Below, one piece after another: positions 51,521-64,000 of a stretch of 64,000 bases of DNA. Source of the DNA: Lama glama (lineage: Eukaryota); assembly GCA_028534125.1 (NCBI GenBank), contig JAPYYK010000119.1, positions 310,001-374,000 on the forward strand, in the 5' to 3' direction. Made by a program: the position numbers and the translations under genes. The notes under the pieces are model-generated. The model had not been told where the DNA came from. It did no database searches and saw nothing but the letters and a program-made list of their open reading frames with translations. Every line of letters begins with the position of its first letter. The stretch's first letter is position 1.

Positions 51521-54032
51521 TTCCTGCCTCAGAGAGAAGGGGCGGGGCTTGGGGGGTAGGGCTGGGGAGACGTTTACAAAAGGCAACTTTATGGACGAAA
51601 CTCTGGCTTAGTGGTGCCACCAACCTGTCCTGCTGAATCTGGATGCTTTGCATGCTGCCGTTGGTGGTTTTCTCCTTGAAGACGAACCTGCAGTGTGTTA
51701 CAATTTCAAACAGCTCTGGGGGAAGTCAAGAGAATTGAATTCTAATTCCAACTGGTCTGCTGGGCAAGTAGTAATCTCTGTAAGACTCATTTTCCCCCAC
51801 TGGAAAAAGAATTAGACCAACCACTTTTTAAGGTTTTCTCTCTTTTTGGGTCTTGTTGTGAAATGGGTGGTTGAAACCACCTTCTAGATGCTAACTAATT
51901 CCCATCCGGCCATGGAGCCCACAAACTTGGCTGGGCTCCAAAATCCAGACCCGAGCACACAACCCACACAGCAGAGGTGCCAGACCTGTCACCTCAGGTG
52001 GGCACCCAACTCCAGGGGGTCAAGTGCTCCCCTGTGGCAAACCCAGATGTTGGCAGCCAGTCAGCAGCACTCAGAGTCTTGGCTTTTCTAATGTAGAGGC
52101 ACTACCTGTGGTTTGGGGCTTTAAAATTAGGAGCTCTCCCTCACCCCTCATCCAGCCTGGACTCTGCTGTGCTGGGCTTCCAACATGGCACCAAATCTTT
52201 GGGCTGCCCTCCTTTTCTGCCTCAGTCATGCTCCATCGCTGGCCGTTTTGCACCAATCCTATCAACGTACCAAAGCACCCACCTGTGGGAAAGCACATCT
52301 CCAGTGGACACACAGGAAAACCTATAAAGGAAATAGGGAGTGTAGGGTGGGGTGATGAGAAGGTCGGTGACTGTAAGATGGTACCACTTTATTTTTATCT
52401 CACTTACTATAAAAACTTTGAACAACATAGAAGGATAAAAAGTATTTCTTAAGCCAGGTCTAAGGACCCCGAGGGATTCTAGACATGTCTGAAACCTGTG
52501 AGTTCTTTACACAAAATTATTTACAATCGTATCTATTCATTCTGGTAATATTTTGATGATTAAATACGAAAAGCACAATCATCCCGATTCCAGAGGACAA
52601 CCACATTCAACTTAAAACCAGACCTCAATTTTCTCACCTTTGTTTTCACTTGAGTTACAGCTTCAGGAGTCAAGTGACAAGGTAAAGGTGTATTTTTTCC
52701 CCACAATGAAATCACTTTATTGTTTACTTTCAAGGTTATGTAAATAATCACGATCATTTAAAAACATTCCAACAACACACGGAAGGGCAGGGCAAAAGTA
52801 AAAAATCACTCAAAATCCTCTTCCTCGTGCCATAAACATGACACCTCTTTCCTGGTTTTTAACTTCTCCTGAGTTGGAAAACAGGTCTAACTGCCATAAA
52901 GGTTGGCAGGTTCCAACACCAAAATGATAACTGTCACTCTTATGTTGAATTCTTTTCTCCTCATCAAGATAAAACTTCCCTTTGGCTGTGGTAATTTGCA
53001 CTTGAGTGGCATTTTCATACACGAAGACTTCAGTTTTAAAAATTATTAAATAAATTGAGAATTCAAGTTGACATCCTTAAAATTAACATAATTAAAATGA
53101 GTAATGTACTACTTTAATTAATGGGGAGTAGTGAGAAAAGACCAAAAGCAGATTTAATATGAAAATGGTGCATTTGGGCTATCTGAAAGCCACAGGACAT
53201 CGTACTGGTGGTCTTTTGAACATTTCATTTGCAGATAAAGTAGAAATGATGATAAGAAAGCTTGAATTATGGTCATTTTTCAAATGACATGAATGACTCA
53301 TTTCCATTTTTTATCATTTTCTTTCCAAGCTTTCACTGTGAACTCTTTTTTGAAACTGCATTTTTTTCAACATCTGCAAAAAATACAGCAGATTCAGGTA
53401 TTTTCCTGTTCCCCACAATATTTGATGCTTCAAAAATGTTACAATAACCTTACTTTTAAGGGAATAAAACCCATTTAGAGTTATCAGGTGTCATATTATT
53501 AAAATTGATTCATAGTTTTAGTTAAATGTTGTCTGATAATCCTGAATTTCAAACACTGACATGAAATTTTTCATATTTTAGAGCATAATAGCAATAGAAA
53601 GAGTATTGTCAAAGTCCAGTGCAAAATGATTTAATATAGACTTGTACCTGAGAGATACATCCCTCTATAATTATAATGTTATCAGAGATCTCATTTCATC
53701 ATAACAGTATCATCTATCAATTTCAGTTTTTCTCATATAATTTTGGGGCATTTAATTTATAAACTGCCCTTGGATTTACATTTCTATTAATGCTCTCTCT
53801 TTCTGGGATCCCCTAGTTGATGCTAGAAGCACAAAGAATACACTGATTTCTAATACTTGTACCTATGTAAGTAAAATTTAGGATTAAATATTTTAAGCTA
53901 GTAGTGAATAGCCAGCCAAAGAACCATTTTTCTTTTGGCAATCTATACATTATTCAAATTTAAGAAATTCCAGTATAAGGCTAAAAAAATGTTTCTTCTT
54001 CCTGTTGCAGGCTTTAGATTGTGAAATGTGTA

Positions 54033-54077
54033 TGTAATATATATAATATATATGTGTATATATATATATATATATAT
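54033..54077. repeat. (TA)n-rich microsatellite
   Basis: tatatataatatatatgtgtatatatatatatatatatat. Confidence 0.9.
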
Positions 54078-54099
54078 CAGTGAAATCATTTATACATGC

Positions 54100-54154
54100 T
54101 GTTCTTTTTTGTTATTGAAGTATAGTCAGTCAGTTTACAATGTTGTGTTAATTC
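54100..54154 (-). mobile_element. Very short young L1 3' tip with TSD
   Basis: ttgaagtatagtcag...tttacaatgttgtgttaatt is the reverse of the L1 3' end seen at ~19550 and ~54740. ATACATGC occurs at 54092-54099 and 54155-54162. Confidence 0.75.
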
Positions 54155-54559
54155 ATACATGCCCTTTTGCAACTTGAATTTTTACTCCATAATATGTCAC
54201 AGAACTCATTCTTTTTAATGGATATAAAGTATTTTGTTACATGGCTGGTTAGCCAGTCCCTCATTAAAATATTTTTGTTGTTTCCAGATTTCACATTCTC
54301 ATAAGGAACACTGAGATGAACATCATTCTTCATTTTGTAAAACTGTGCAGGGAAATTTTATAGATGTGGAATTTCTGAGTCAAAGAGAATGCACCTTTAA
54401 GTTTTCATCTACATTGTCCAGTTGCTTTCCAAAAAGGCTGTATCAATTTTCTATTCTACCCTCAGGGTAGGAAAGTGTTGCCACATTCTCACCAACACTG
54501 AGCATCATAGAACTTTAAATCTTTGGAAATCTGACAGCACAGAGAAGTAAGAATTGTGT

Positions 54560-54778
54560 AGAGGATAAATTAGGAGTTTGGGATTAGCAGATACACACTA
54601 CTGTATATAAAATAGACAAAGAACAAGGACTTACCCTATAGTATAGGGAACTATATTCAATATCTTGTAATAACTTATAATGGGAAAGAATCTGAAAAAG
54701 AATATACGTATTTTTTCTTTATTGTATACCTGAAACTAACACAACATTGTAAATCAACTATACTTCAATTAAAAGAAA
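54560..54778 (+). mobile_element. Young L1 3'UTR insertion with an 11-bp TSD
   Basis: Homologous to 19370-19590 (gataaattaggag...gggaactatattcaatatcttgtaataac...caactatacttcaatt). AAGAATTGTGT occurs at 54549-54559 and 54779-54789. Confidence 0.92.
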
Positions 54779-54958
54779 AAGAATTGTGTGTGAACTGGGT
54801 TGACGGTATTCTATGTTTCAAATGTGTACACATGCTACTGTGACTGTTGAAATATAAAATCATTTCAAAGTGTTATGGCATTAAGTTATTTATCATTATG
54901 CATTTTCTCAATCAATAATGACCAGAAATCACAGGGAATTCTCCATGAGGCAGTTGCT

Positions 54959-54960
<2 letters not shown>

Positions 54961-55001
<41 letters not shown>

Positions 55002-55030
55002 CACGCGCGCGTGTGTGTTGGTGTGTGTGT
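54961..55030. repeat. Compound (GT)n(GC)n microsatellite
   Basis: (GT)17 followed by GCGCGCGCACGCGCGC and more GT units. Confidence 0.95.
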
Positions 55031-55133
55031 GAGGGGGGTGTGTCTCAGAAGAGATTAACTGATGAGCACATGACTACTGCCTTTGCTGAAGTGGAGTACT
55101 GATTGTCATGGATGGCTGAAGATCACCTTTTCC

Positions 55134-55848
55134 TGAAGAGACAGAATAACAGGGCAATTTCAGAGTTAAACAAAGGTATTTGCCATCACAGAGTCCAAGA
55201 CTGGGTCTTAAACTCATTAACGTAACACAAAACTTTTAACTTGCAGACAATTTGTCTGGCCTTTTGTCTGGAAGCGGAGCAAGGCGATTCCGGAAAGAGC
55301 CACACAGGACGGTGCAGGAAAGAAAAGCAGCCCGACATCCAGGAGCTGGTCTGGCCCTCACAGTTCCATCTTGTCTCTTGTTGAACATAAACGATTTCAC
55401 AGAACACTAACGTCCAACAAAGCCAGTCTATGACCACGATGGCTCAGGACAAAGACCAGACCACCCTGTTATTATGTCTGAACATGGACTAACATGGATG
55501 TTTCCAAGCCACAAAAATGACCAAACATCCTCCTGCGCTGGCTAGTAAGACCGGGTACTGCTTCCTTACCGATCCCAGCGTTAGCTTCCCTTCAGTTCTC
55601 TCCCCTTCTAGATAAGATGCATTAAGACGTCAAATCATAGAACTGCCTTTGCTTTCTGACAGCATCCAGTCCAGAGCAAGGCCCTGCTTCCTTGACCCTC
55701 CTCAAAGTCACAAAACACAAGCTCAAATCTCATCCTAAGTCCTTCCTAACATCTCCAGCTGAGATGTTAGTTTTCCCTCGCTGAAATGAGTAATGCACCC
55801 AACTACGGATACGTTTCTTCTGTCTGTCTTTGGCTAAAGGACGCTGAT
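55134..55848 (+). mobile_element. ERV1-class solo LTR (subfamily uncertain)
   Basis: Starts TGAAGAGACAGAAT. Contains LTR-like cccttctagataagatgcattaag and ends ...gtctttggctaaaggacgctgat. About 700 bp long. Confidence 0.6.
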
Positions 55849-58597
55849 GGGGGGAGCAGGTTATCTTCTAGTAGAGTCATTTCAGGGGACCACACAAGGG
55901 CTGCTGCTGCCCAGAACTATTTCACCTGCCTGCCTTCTACTGGTAAGACCTGAAATTCCACCGTGAGAATGTTGTTCCTTCAGGTTGCTGATGACAACTT
56001 AGGCAGAAACGCTCTCATAGAGGAGAACAAGCCTTAAAAACACTCTCAATCATAGAGTAAGCCATTTCTGCATTTCATTTATTTGTTAAATTTCCTTACA
56101 TTTTAGCTCTGAAATTAGGACACCTCCTATGATCTGTGGCATCTTAAATTCTTTGAAACGTGATACTTCTGAGCTTGAATTTCCTCAATTGTGAATTCTA
56201 GTGGTGGATTAAATACTGTTTCCCAAACCTTAGTTATTTGCATACAACTCTAACAATTTTTGCTATATGCGTGTGTTAGGGAATAATGTTCATATTACAT
56301 TTGTCTTCACAGTAACTCACTTTTATAATTAACTAAATGTTGTTTTCTCCTCATAATAATATCCATGAAATCCTGAGCAAGATATCCTAGTTATAGCTTT
56401 CCCTAAAACACATTAAAATGTATATACAATGATAAAAAAAAAAGTTGTAAAGTATTGCTCATATTCCACCTAAAATCATCTCTCTTAATCTCCAGTAAGT
56501 AGTGGCTGTGTCATCCTTGGACAACACTGAACTAGCTGATCCCTAGGTGTCGCCTTGGCTGCTAAGTTTGGTGTTTCTCTGGTTCTAAGAGGGGTGCAAT
56601 CTGTCCACCAAAGTTTACAGTCTAAGGGTCAAGACTGACATGGACAAATAGGAGAAAAACATACAATCATACATATTTTTAAACACAAAATAGATCCTAT
56701 TAACTATTCATATGGCCTTTAAGTACAGATAATTATGCTGGAGTCACTGGACCTTGAAGATTAATTAGCTTTATGTTGGTATTTTTACCACCAGTTTTCT
56801 TGATACTTGGAAATACACATGAGGGATTTCAGATACAATCTTTGTTTCAAATGTTTTGGGGGGTGGGATTTTGTTTGGGAAATAAGGAAACAGATTTGTT
56901 TTGAGTAGTCTGGGAAAGCATCTTAGAAGAAAAAAGATTTTCGAAATTACACAAACTCTTCCCTTTGTTATGACCAGCCACAGGACCTTCTAAGCCTTGT
57001 AATTCAAATATGTTTGGTGGACATTGGCATGGCCCGGGAGCTTGTTAGAAATGCAGGTTCTCAAGTCCTAACAGCAGCCTTGCTGAATTGAATCTGATTT
57101 TGATTCATACGCATGTTAAGCATGGGACACATTGCTCTAAGCCACCAGAGCCTAACTTAGCCACTGCTTACCAAAAAATGGTCCTGCAAGGACACATTCC
57201 AGGTCAGGCAGCAGGAAGCCCAGAGGTCCCTGATGGATTAAATACTTTAGATTCATGTGCTTCCCCTCCACGTCTTTGAGGGACACCACATTACACAGAA
57301 CACTTAGGAAGTGAAGATTTATTTTATTTAGGGGAAAAAAATAAACATCAATTTAAACTAAAATCAAAACCCCAAGCCACAACTTGTGGTCCAACAGCTG
57401 ACTGAGTCTAAGAATAAGATGAAAATAATACTCATTTTCTTCCTTCTTTGGACCATCTCTACCATCTCACTCCCCCTGTACCCGCTGGCCCAGAAACACA
57501 TCTGTTCTCCATGGTAAAACTGCAAGCCTCAGTGTGAACATGTAAAGTGATAAAGATTCATACAAAGAAAAATATTTATGGGTGAATTTATTCACATGAA
57601 AAAGAAAATGTCATGTTTTATGTGGCGAAGGCATAGGCATTTCTATGAGAAAACATTTTCCCTGGAAAACATTAGCCCAGAGGATTCCTTATCTTAGGAC
57701 CCCTGTTTCTTCTTTTATTCATTCATTCAGTCAATACCCAACAAATATTCATGGAATGAATGAATGAATGAAATCATTTCCCCTCATGGACAATAGCCTA
57801 GAAAGCCTCCTTCCCCTTTCAGCCCCTCTGGAAACTCTGGATTCTTTCCAAAGGCCATTTGATAGGATGTTTTCTGCCCTCCTATCAGCAGAATAAAATC
57901 AAAAGCGTTTTTCAAATTTCCAGTGACTAAGCAGAAATTGGTTATTAAGGCCAGATGAAATGAGCCAACCAGAAAAAAAGCAAACAAACAAACAGCCAGT
58001 GGCTGCACATAACCATGGAGATTCTGTCTTTTTAAGGGAGCCACACTCGAATCTTTAGATACAAGAGAAAAATTGCTTTATTTTTAATAAATTCAAATTC
58101 CTTATTCCTAGGTTTCCATTCTGAACTTAAAATATACCAGGCTCCAATACTGCCACCATTTTATTTCTGTGTCTTATTTCATCAATGTATTCAAAAATTT
58201 CCCGACTAGCCTCTCAACGTTTGCTGTGGGAGGTGATGAGGTGTTATCGTTTGAATATTATCTCATGTAATTACATGTCATAACACAGACTTTGATATAT
58301 CCATAGGAATAAGTCACTTCTTCAAGCTTAAATTTTCCTCAATGTGGACCTTCTGACAGGCACATTTCAAACCCTGAATATTAATACACTTTAGTTTTCT
58401 CCAGGGGCTTTCAAGCAAGGAGGAGGAATAGGAAAGAATGGCCAGTTATTGTGCCCCTATTCTGTGCCAGGCACTCCCTGGGAGCTTGGTAAGAAATAAA
58501 GGTGGACAAAATACAAGAATAAAAGATATCACAAGTGACCTACTATGTGCTGGGTATTATTTCAAACTCTAAGTGTCTTAGGCAGAAATTCTAACAT

Positions 58598-58778
58598 ACT
58601 GCTTCTCAGTCTTGGCTGTACAATAGAATCACCTGGAGTGTTTAAGAATATTTACTAATGCCTGGACTCCATTCCCAGAAATTCTGATTCAACTGATTGA
58701 GGTGGGACTGGAGACATGAGGGTTTTTTTGAAACTCCCTAGGTGATCTACCTGTGGGCCAAAGGTGAGAACCACTGCT
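58598..58778. mobile_element. MER5-type hAT MITE
   Basis: ttctcagtcttggctgtacaatagaatcacctggag...aattctgattcaactg...ggtgagaaccactg. Confidence 0.8.
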
Positions 58779-60798
58779 GTGAAACATGTAGTTCATAGTA
58801 TTATATTAATATCATCCATATATAAGCCTAAGTGGTAAATTTATTGAGAGTTCAGTGTATATAAGGGATAGAATATCTTTCTTTGTGATTTTTGAGAACA
58901 TGGGCCACGTCTTTTATTTCCAGTATCTGTCACAGAGTATAATCACTAAATGTGTGTTGAAGATCTTAAAGATGATGATTGGGAAGCTGCTTAAAGTCAC
59001 ATTCACACTGCCTGGCCCATCTCAATCAAATATATGTTTGTTAAGTGAAAAAAATTCAATTAGTGAAGAAATGATGATGGGGTGACACAGAGTTGTATTA
59101 CTTCCTTGAAAGAAGAAAGACAGAGAAGCCCTGCCAGCGCCGCCGGCCCCGGCTCCATGGAACTCTCCTACCCGTCTCCTCAGCAGCAAATGGCGAGCAT
59201 GAGTTCTTTGCCACAGACGAAGCAGAGAGCCCCGAGCCCTTCTCTGGGCCAGCTGTGGAGGTTCTTGCACCCTTTTCTGCTTCATCTGAGGCTCCTCACT
59301 GCCAGGGTCAAGTTGTGATCAGATGGGGAGATCAGGTAGAGAGTGCCTTCAGTGGAGGGGATCTGACACGACTCTAGCACCACAGAAGAAAAAAGAGTTT
59401 GATGGACTTTGGTAGCCAATGGCTGAATTCTGCTGTGAGAATATCTCCTTTATTTTCTTACTTGGAGGAGTCAAACATTTGCCCTTTAAAATTTTTTCCC
59501 TTTTTGATCCTAACTGTGGTGGAATTGAGCTCTCAGACATTGAATGAGATTCATAAGATTGAGGGATATTACGCATGTGTACGTGTAACTATAAGTTGTA
59601 TGTAAATGTCACCTTCTATGAAAGAGTTCCTTTGAACAATCTGTGATGCCAGAATCTAGGTAGCAACTCCTGCTGCCTTGGTACAAACTATACAAGATGT
59701 ATCACATTGTGTTCTTACCATTGGAGCATCCCACTACATTATAACATTTTATTACAGAGATTTGGCTAGATTGGGAGTCAAATTATTTCATGAAGCCTAT
59801 AATAAAAGACATTTTCTGACATTGTCATCCTCCTTGGTGGACATCAGTCTCTTCCCCAAATGCCCATATACTAGAGAACTTCCCAGTATTTGACATTACT
59901 CTACGTATCCGGTGTGTGAGGCTCTATGTAGGATATTCTATGAGGAGGTCACATGCTGTAGCACCAGCCACTGTAAATGCAGGTAGAGTTCCCAGGTGTC
60001 TCACCTGGCAAGATATTAGTTCAGACAGAAGCTCTTACTGTTTCTCAGACAGACACACAAAGAACAACCCCTGAGGATACGCACAAAGACAGCAGGAAGT
60101 TCCTCAGAATTCTGGGAGTCCTGACTACACACAGATGTGTTCCAGGATACCATCTGGAAACGAGGACATTGGCAGAAGGGTTCACTTCTGTATGATGGCA
60201 TAATTGTAGGAGAAGGATCTATGAACAAATTAAACAACTTTCCTTGTGTTTATGTTCTTGATTACGTTTTACAATGCACCTGACTTCTAGAATGAGGAGA
60301 TAGGCTAGAAATACATTTCTGTATTACACAAGATATAAAAATACATAGATCCAAATGCCTCATTCTTTCTTTGAAGGTTACTTCTGGTTATAATCATCCC
60401 ATTTCACCTGCAAACTGCCTCTTTATCAGCTTCTATCAAATTTCTTTACTCTTTCCTCTTATAATTTTGCAGTAGCCTTTCTCCTACTGTTCCAGCATCT
60501 TCAAAACTTTCAATCACCCATTTATCAAACCAACTCCTCCTCCCACCACCGATGTTTACACTGCCAGGGAATAGTTATGATGAACAAAATCAGATGAAGT
60601 GCCAACCATATTGTCTTCATTTTCCTGACTCAAATCTTTCCTGGGATTTTGTTTATAAAAGATTGACTACATCATCCATAGTTTGATCTTTTTTTTTCTT
60701 TCACATTTCTTCAATTTCTCAGTTTCTTTACTGAAAGGAAATGACTCGAATCATCTAGAGAAGTATATTTGAGAATTAGAGTTGAACAATAAAGGGGA

Positions 60799-61257
60799 TA
60801 TAATAGTTTGCTAGAATTCCTGTAACAAAGTACCACAAACTGGGTGGCTTAAACAACAGGAACTTATTGTTTCACAGTTTCAGAGGCTAGAAGTCGAAGA
60901 CCACGGTATGGGCAGCACTGGTTCCCCCTAAGGGCTGTGAAGAAGAATCTGTTTCACACCTCTTTCCTGATTCCTGATGCTTTGTTGGCCATCTTTGGTG
61001 TTCCCTGGTTTGTAGAAACAACACCCCAATCTCTGCCTTCATCCTTACACAGCATTCTCCCTGTGTGTGTGCATCTGTCTCCAAAATTCCCCTTTTTATA
61101 AGGACACCACTCATATGGATTAGAGCCCACCCTAATGACCTCATTCTAACTTGATTTCTTCTATAAAACCCCTGTCACTAAATAAGGTTACATTCTGAGG
61201 TACTTAGGGTTAGGACTTCAAATTCTTGTGGGGGGGGTCACAATTGAACCCTTAACA
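60799..61257 (-). mobile_element. Full-length MaLR solo LTR (MLT1C-like, 459 bp) with a perfect 5-bp TSD
   Basis: gtaacaaagtaccacaaactgggtggcttaaacaacagg...cacaattgaacccttaaca. GGGGA occurs at 60794-60798 and 61258-61262. Confidence 0.9.
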
Positions 61258-62470
61258 GGGGATTACTTTTTCTGAGCTGCATGTGGGGACTGGGCTATGT
61301 CTTGCTTCCTCAAGAGCAGACTTGACTAGACAATGGGCAGTTCCTCTGAGTCTCATCCTGCCTTTTGACCCATGACATTGGACTCACTTGGTATCATCCT
61401 TCAAAGGAAATAGGCGTTACTGGAGTGAGTGAAAATAATGACTGGGTTTCAAGGAACCTGCCCATCATCCCTGTGGGAGAACAAAAGCTCCCTCCTGCTC
61501 TCTACATCCTTGTTTCTAGGCCTCCTCGTCCCTCCCCACTCCCCACCCCTTCTCCCCAGCTGTAACCCTATTTGACATTTTCTTCTGGCCCTCCTTAGAA
61601 ATTACTCTGGCTTCAATCACTACCTGCTGCTTTGCAGAAAGACAAGGAAGCAGTTTATGGAGGTGCCTTTCTCAAACAGCAGATATGCTGAGCCTTCCTG
61701 CTGTGCACCCTTTGTCCCCCTCAGCCCTTGCCGGCAGAGAAGGACAATCAGTGACCCAGCAATAGGCTTATCTATGACTAAGGAGGACAGTGGGAGGAGC
61801 TGAAAATGCCACACTGGAGGGGAAATGAGTTAAAAGCGATGACGAGTAAATGAAAGAGTCCACATAGCCATCTAGAAATTTCTGCCTGGAGTTTTGTTTC
61901 ATTTTCCCAACCAGTCCAAGAAGTTTCCAGTGGCCTCCTAGTTACAGGACAGAGCACACCCCTTAGTCGGCTCTCAGGCCTATGGGAACAAAGCTGCAGA
62001 TCTGAGTGGTGGTTTAGGTGGTTCTGTTTTTGTTTTTATTTTCCCAGCAGAAAAGCCAGCATTTGTTCTCAACTAAATCATTTACAATTTTGTGTTCTCC
62101 TGATGCTCTGACATCAACCAAAATAAAAGGTACCTTTGCCTCAGGGAAACTTGTAAGCCAACAGAGTTCACGCAGAGACTAGAAAAGCCTCCAGAAAGCC
62201 ATCCCCCAATACATCTGGGTATTAGACTTCCTAGAAAGGTAATTACGAGGGGAATCAAGAGACTAAGAAAAAAGGAAAAGAAAAGCACATTTTGTTTGGG
62301 AAGATTTTGGCAAAGGGCATAACCTGGGTGTGTTGGAAAAGGCAAACATCCTAGAGAAAAAAATTCCTCTTATCAACTCTGTGGCTTAACCTTTTTGAAC
62401 CTCAGTGTTTGGTTTTTAAACTTGCCAGATGGGGAAAATAATTCCTGTCTCAAGAATTAACATTAAGTGA

Positions 62471-62678
62471 TTATAAAACAGTTAAGAAACAAAGTTTATC
62501 TGTATAGCACAGGGAACTATATTCAATATCTTATAGTAAACTATAAAATGAAAAAGAATATGAAAACAAATATATGTATGCATATATATGACTGAAACAT
62601 TATGCTGTACACCAGAAATTGAAACATTGCAACTATACTTCAATTAAAAAATAAAATAAAAATAAATAAAGAAATAAA
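62471..62678 (+). mobile_element. Young L1 3'UTR insertion within a MIR, with a 13-bp TSD
   Basis: acagggaactatattcaatatctt...caactatacttcaatt plus an A-rich tail. TAACATTAAGTGA (62458-62470) and TAATATTAAGTGA (62679-62691) flank it. Confidence 0.9.
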
Positions 62679-64000
62679 TAATATTAAGTGAGATGATGCA
62701 GAATAACAATGACGAGTCATCTGTAGGTAAACTCTCCTGCCCATTTCAATAGAAGTATCTCAATATAGTTTGGATTCAAAGGTAGAAAAGGAAAATGAAA
62801 AACAATCAAAGTGAGAAAAGAAAAGTAGCTGCTTAAGGCTGAAGCATCTCTCTGAAGGGAACTTGCCTACAGGACACCTCTTACTCTGTGGCATCAGACT
62901 GGCCAAAGCAAAGTTGAGACCACTGACGTGCTCTCCCAGGAGCTGCTCTGACTGTGTTCTCCCCAATCCAGACTCAGGCTCCTTCTCAAAGCATGTAGGT
63001 TTGTGTGCCCAGAAACACATCCACCTGCACACACATGTTTACTGACTGACAGGGAGACTTCAGTGCTGTTCTGCCGCAGGATCTGAGGAAACAAGGGGAC
63101 TCCCTTGAATGACTACAGCTCACTCTAGTGCCTCCCTTCTCTCCTAGTAGTGGACTCTTTGTAGTGCGCAGTGACTGGCCCTTATGTTGTCTTGTCTCTG
63201 CCCGTGAATGAAGGGCTGGGAACAAGTCTGTTATTTCTCTTTTATGCACTGAAGTTCCACGATCCTGAGCAGATAGTCAATTCTCAATGAATGAATCTAA
63301 ACTAGATTTCCACTCTGGCTGTAACAGCCAACTTGTGTTGGATCAACTCTCCATTGAACCCAACTAAATAGCTGAAGTTTTAAAAAGAGCTATCTGTTTG
63401 AAGTCATCAGAGAGTTACCATGGCAGCAGAAATTAGGGGCAGGGTCCTGGAGAGAAAGGAAATGCACTGAATGAGACCAAGGTTGGGGCCCTTTCTCCCC
63501 TCTGAACATTTGTTGATTCATAGGAGGGATGGGGCTAAGAGGCTGGGGAATCTGACCCGAAAGTGATTCTATTCTGGGGAAATACAATCTGAAAGTGATG
63601 GCTACTCAGCTCTATCGCAATAAAGTTGGGGAAAAAAACCAAAACAAATGCTTCTTGAACTCTAAGGGGAAAAGAAAGGGATGGCTAAGGGACAGAGGAG
63701 CTGAACAAGCCTCAAAGGACTGAGAAAATAAAAACTGGAGCCGTGGGTCCATGAGGAGAAGGGGCCTCAGGCTCACAGCTGTGAACCCGGAAGGGCTGGA
63801 AGCGCCGCAGTAAGAAGAGAGGAAGAACCAGAAACAGCTCTGTCATCAGCAAGGCTGAAATCCAACCTCAGATCCCACCAACCCAAGTTTGGATTAAGGC
63901 AAATGGTCCTACTCAAACTGCTTTCCGGAAGCAAAAGTAAATCCACTCTGGAGGAGGACAACACTATGCAGAATTTCTATACTTTTTCATACAAGTATTC

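Noticed and set aside
1-64000. Prokaryotic systems (CRISPR arrays, operons, defence islands, phage)
   Set aside because: Sequence is mammalian: no dense coding and no regularly spaced repeat-spacer array seen.

Overview
This is mammalian, not microbial, DNA. It is most likely camelid (camel/alpaca/llama lineage), judged from a tRNA-derived Vic-1-like SINE at ~23,040-23,155 and young cetartiodactyl-type L1 3' ends. A CpG-island promoter sits at ~10.25-12.1 kb and is largely hidden by N runs. It appears to drive a minus-strand gene whose A-skewed first intron fills bases ~229-10,500, with one well-formed 109-nt exon at 120-228; I could not identify the gene. The remaining ~52 kb is intergenic and made of ancient transposons (MIR, L2, L1M, MaLR/ERVL/ERV1 LTRs, hAT MER/Charlie elements), lineage-specific L1 tails, microsatellites and a few enhancer-like unique patches. 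I found no intact protein-coding ORF: the ORF track is chance ORFs, N read-through and TE remnants. I found no convincing novel biological system. The observations most worth checking are the non-random N masking, the overlapping uORF/ATG architecture of the exon, a possible divergent spliced lncRNA, and several unusual transposon insertion geometries. Repeat family names come from recalled consensus sequences rather than a database search, and old-repeat boundaries are approximate.
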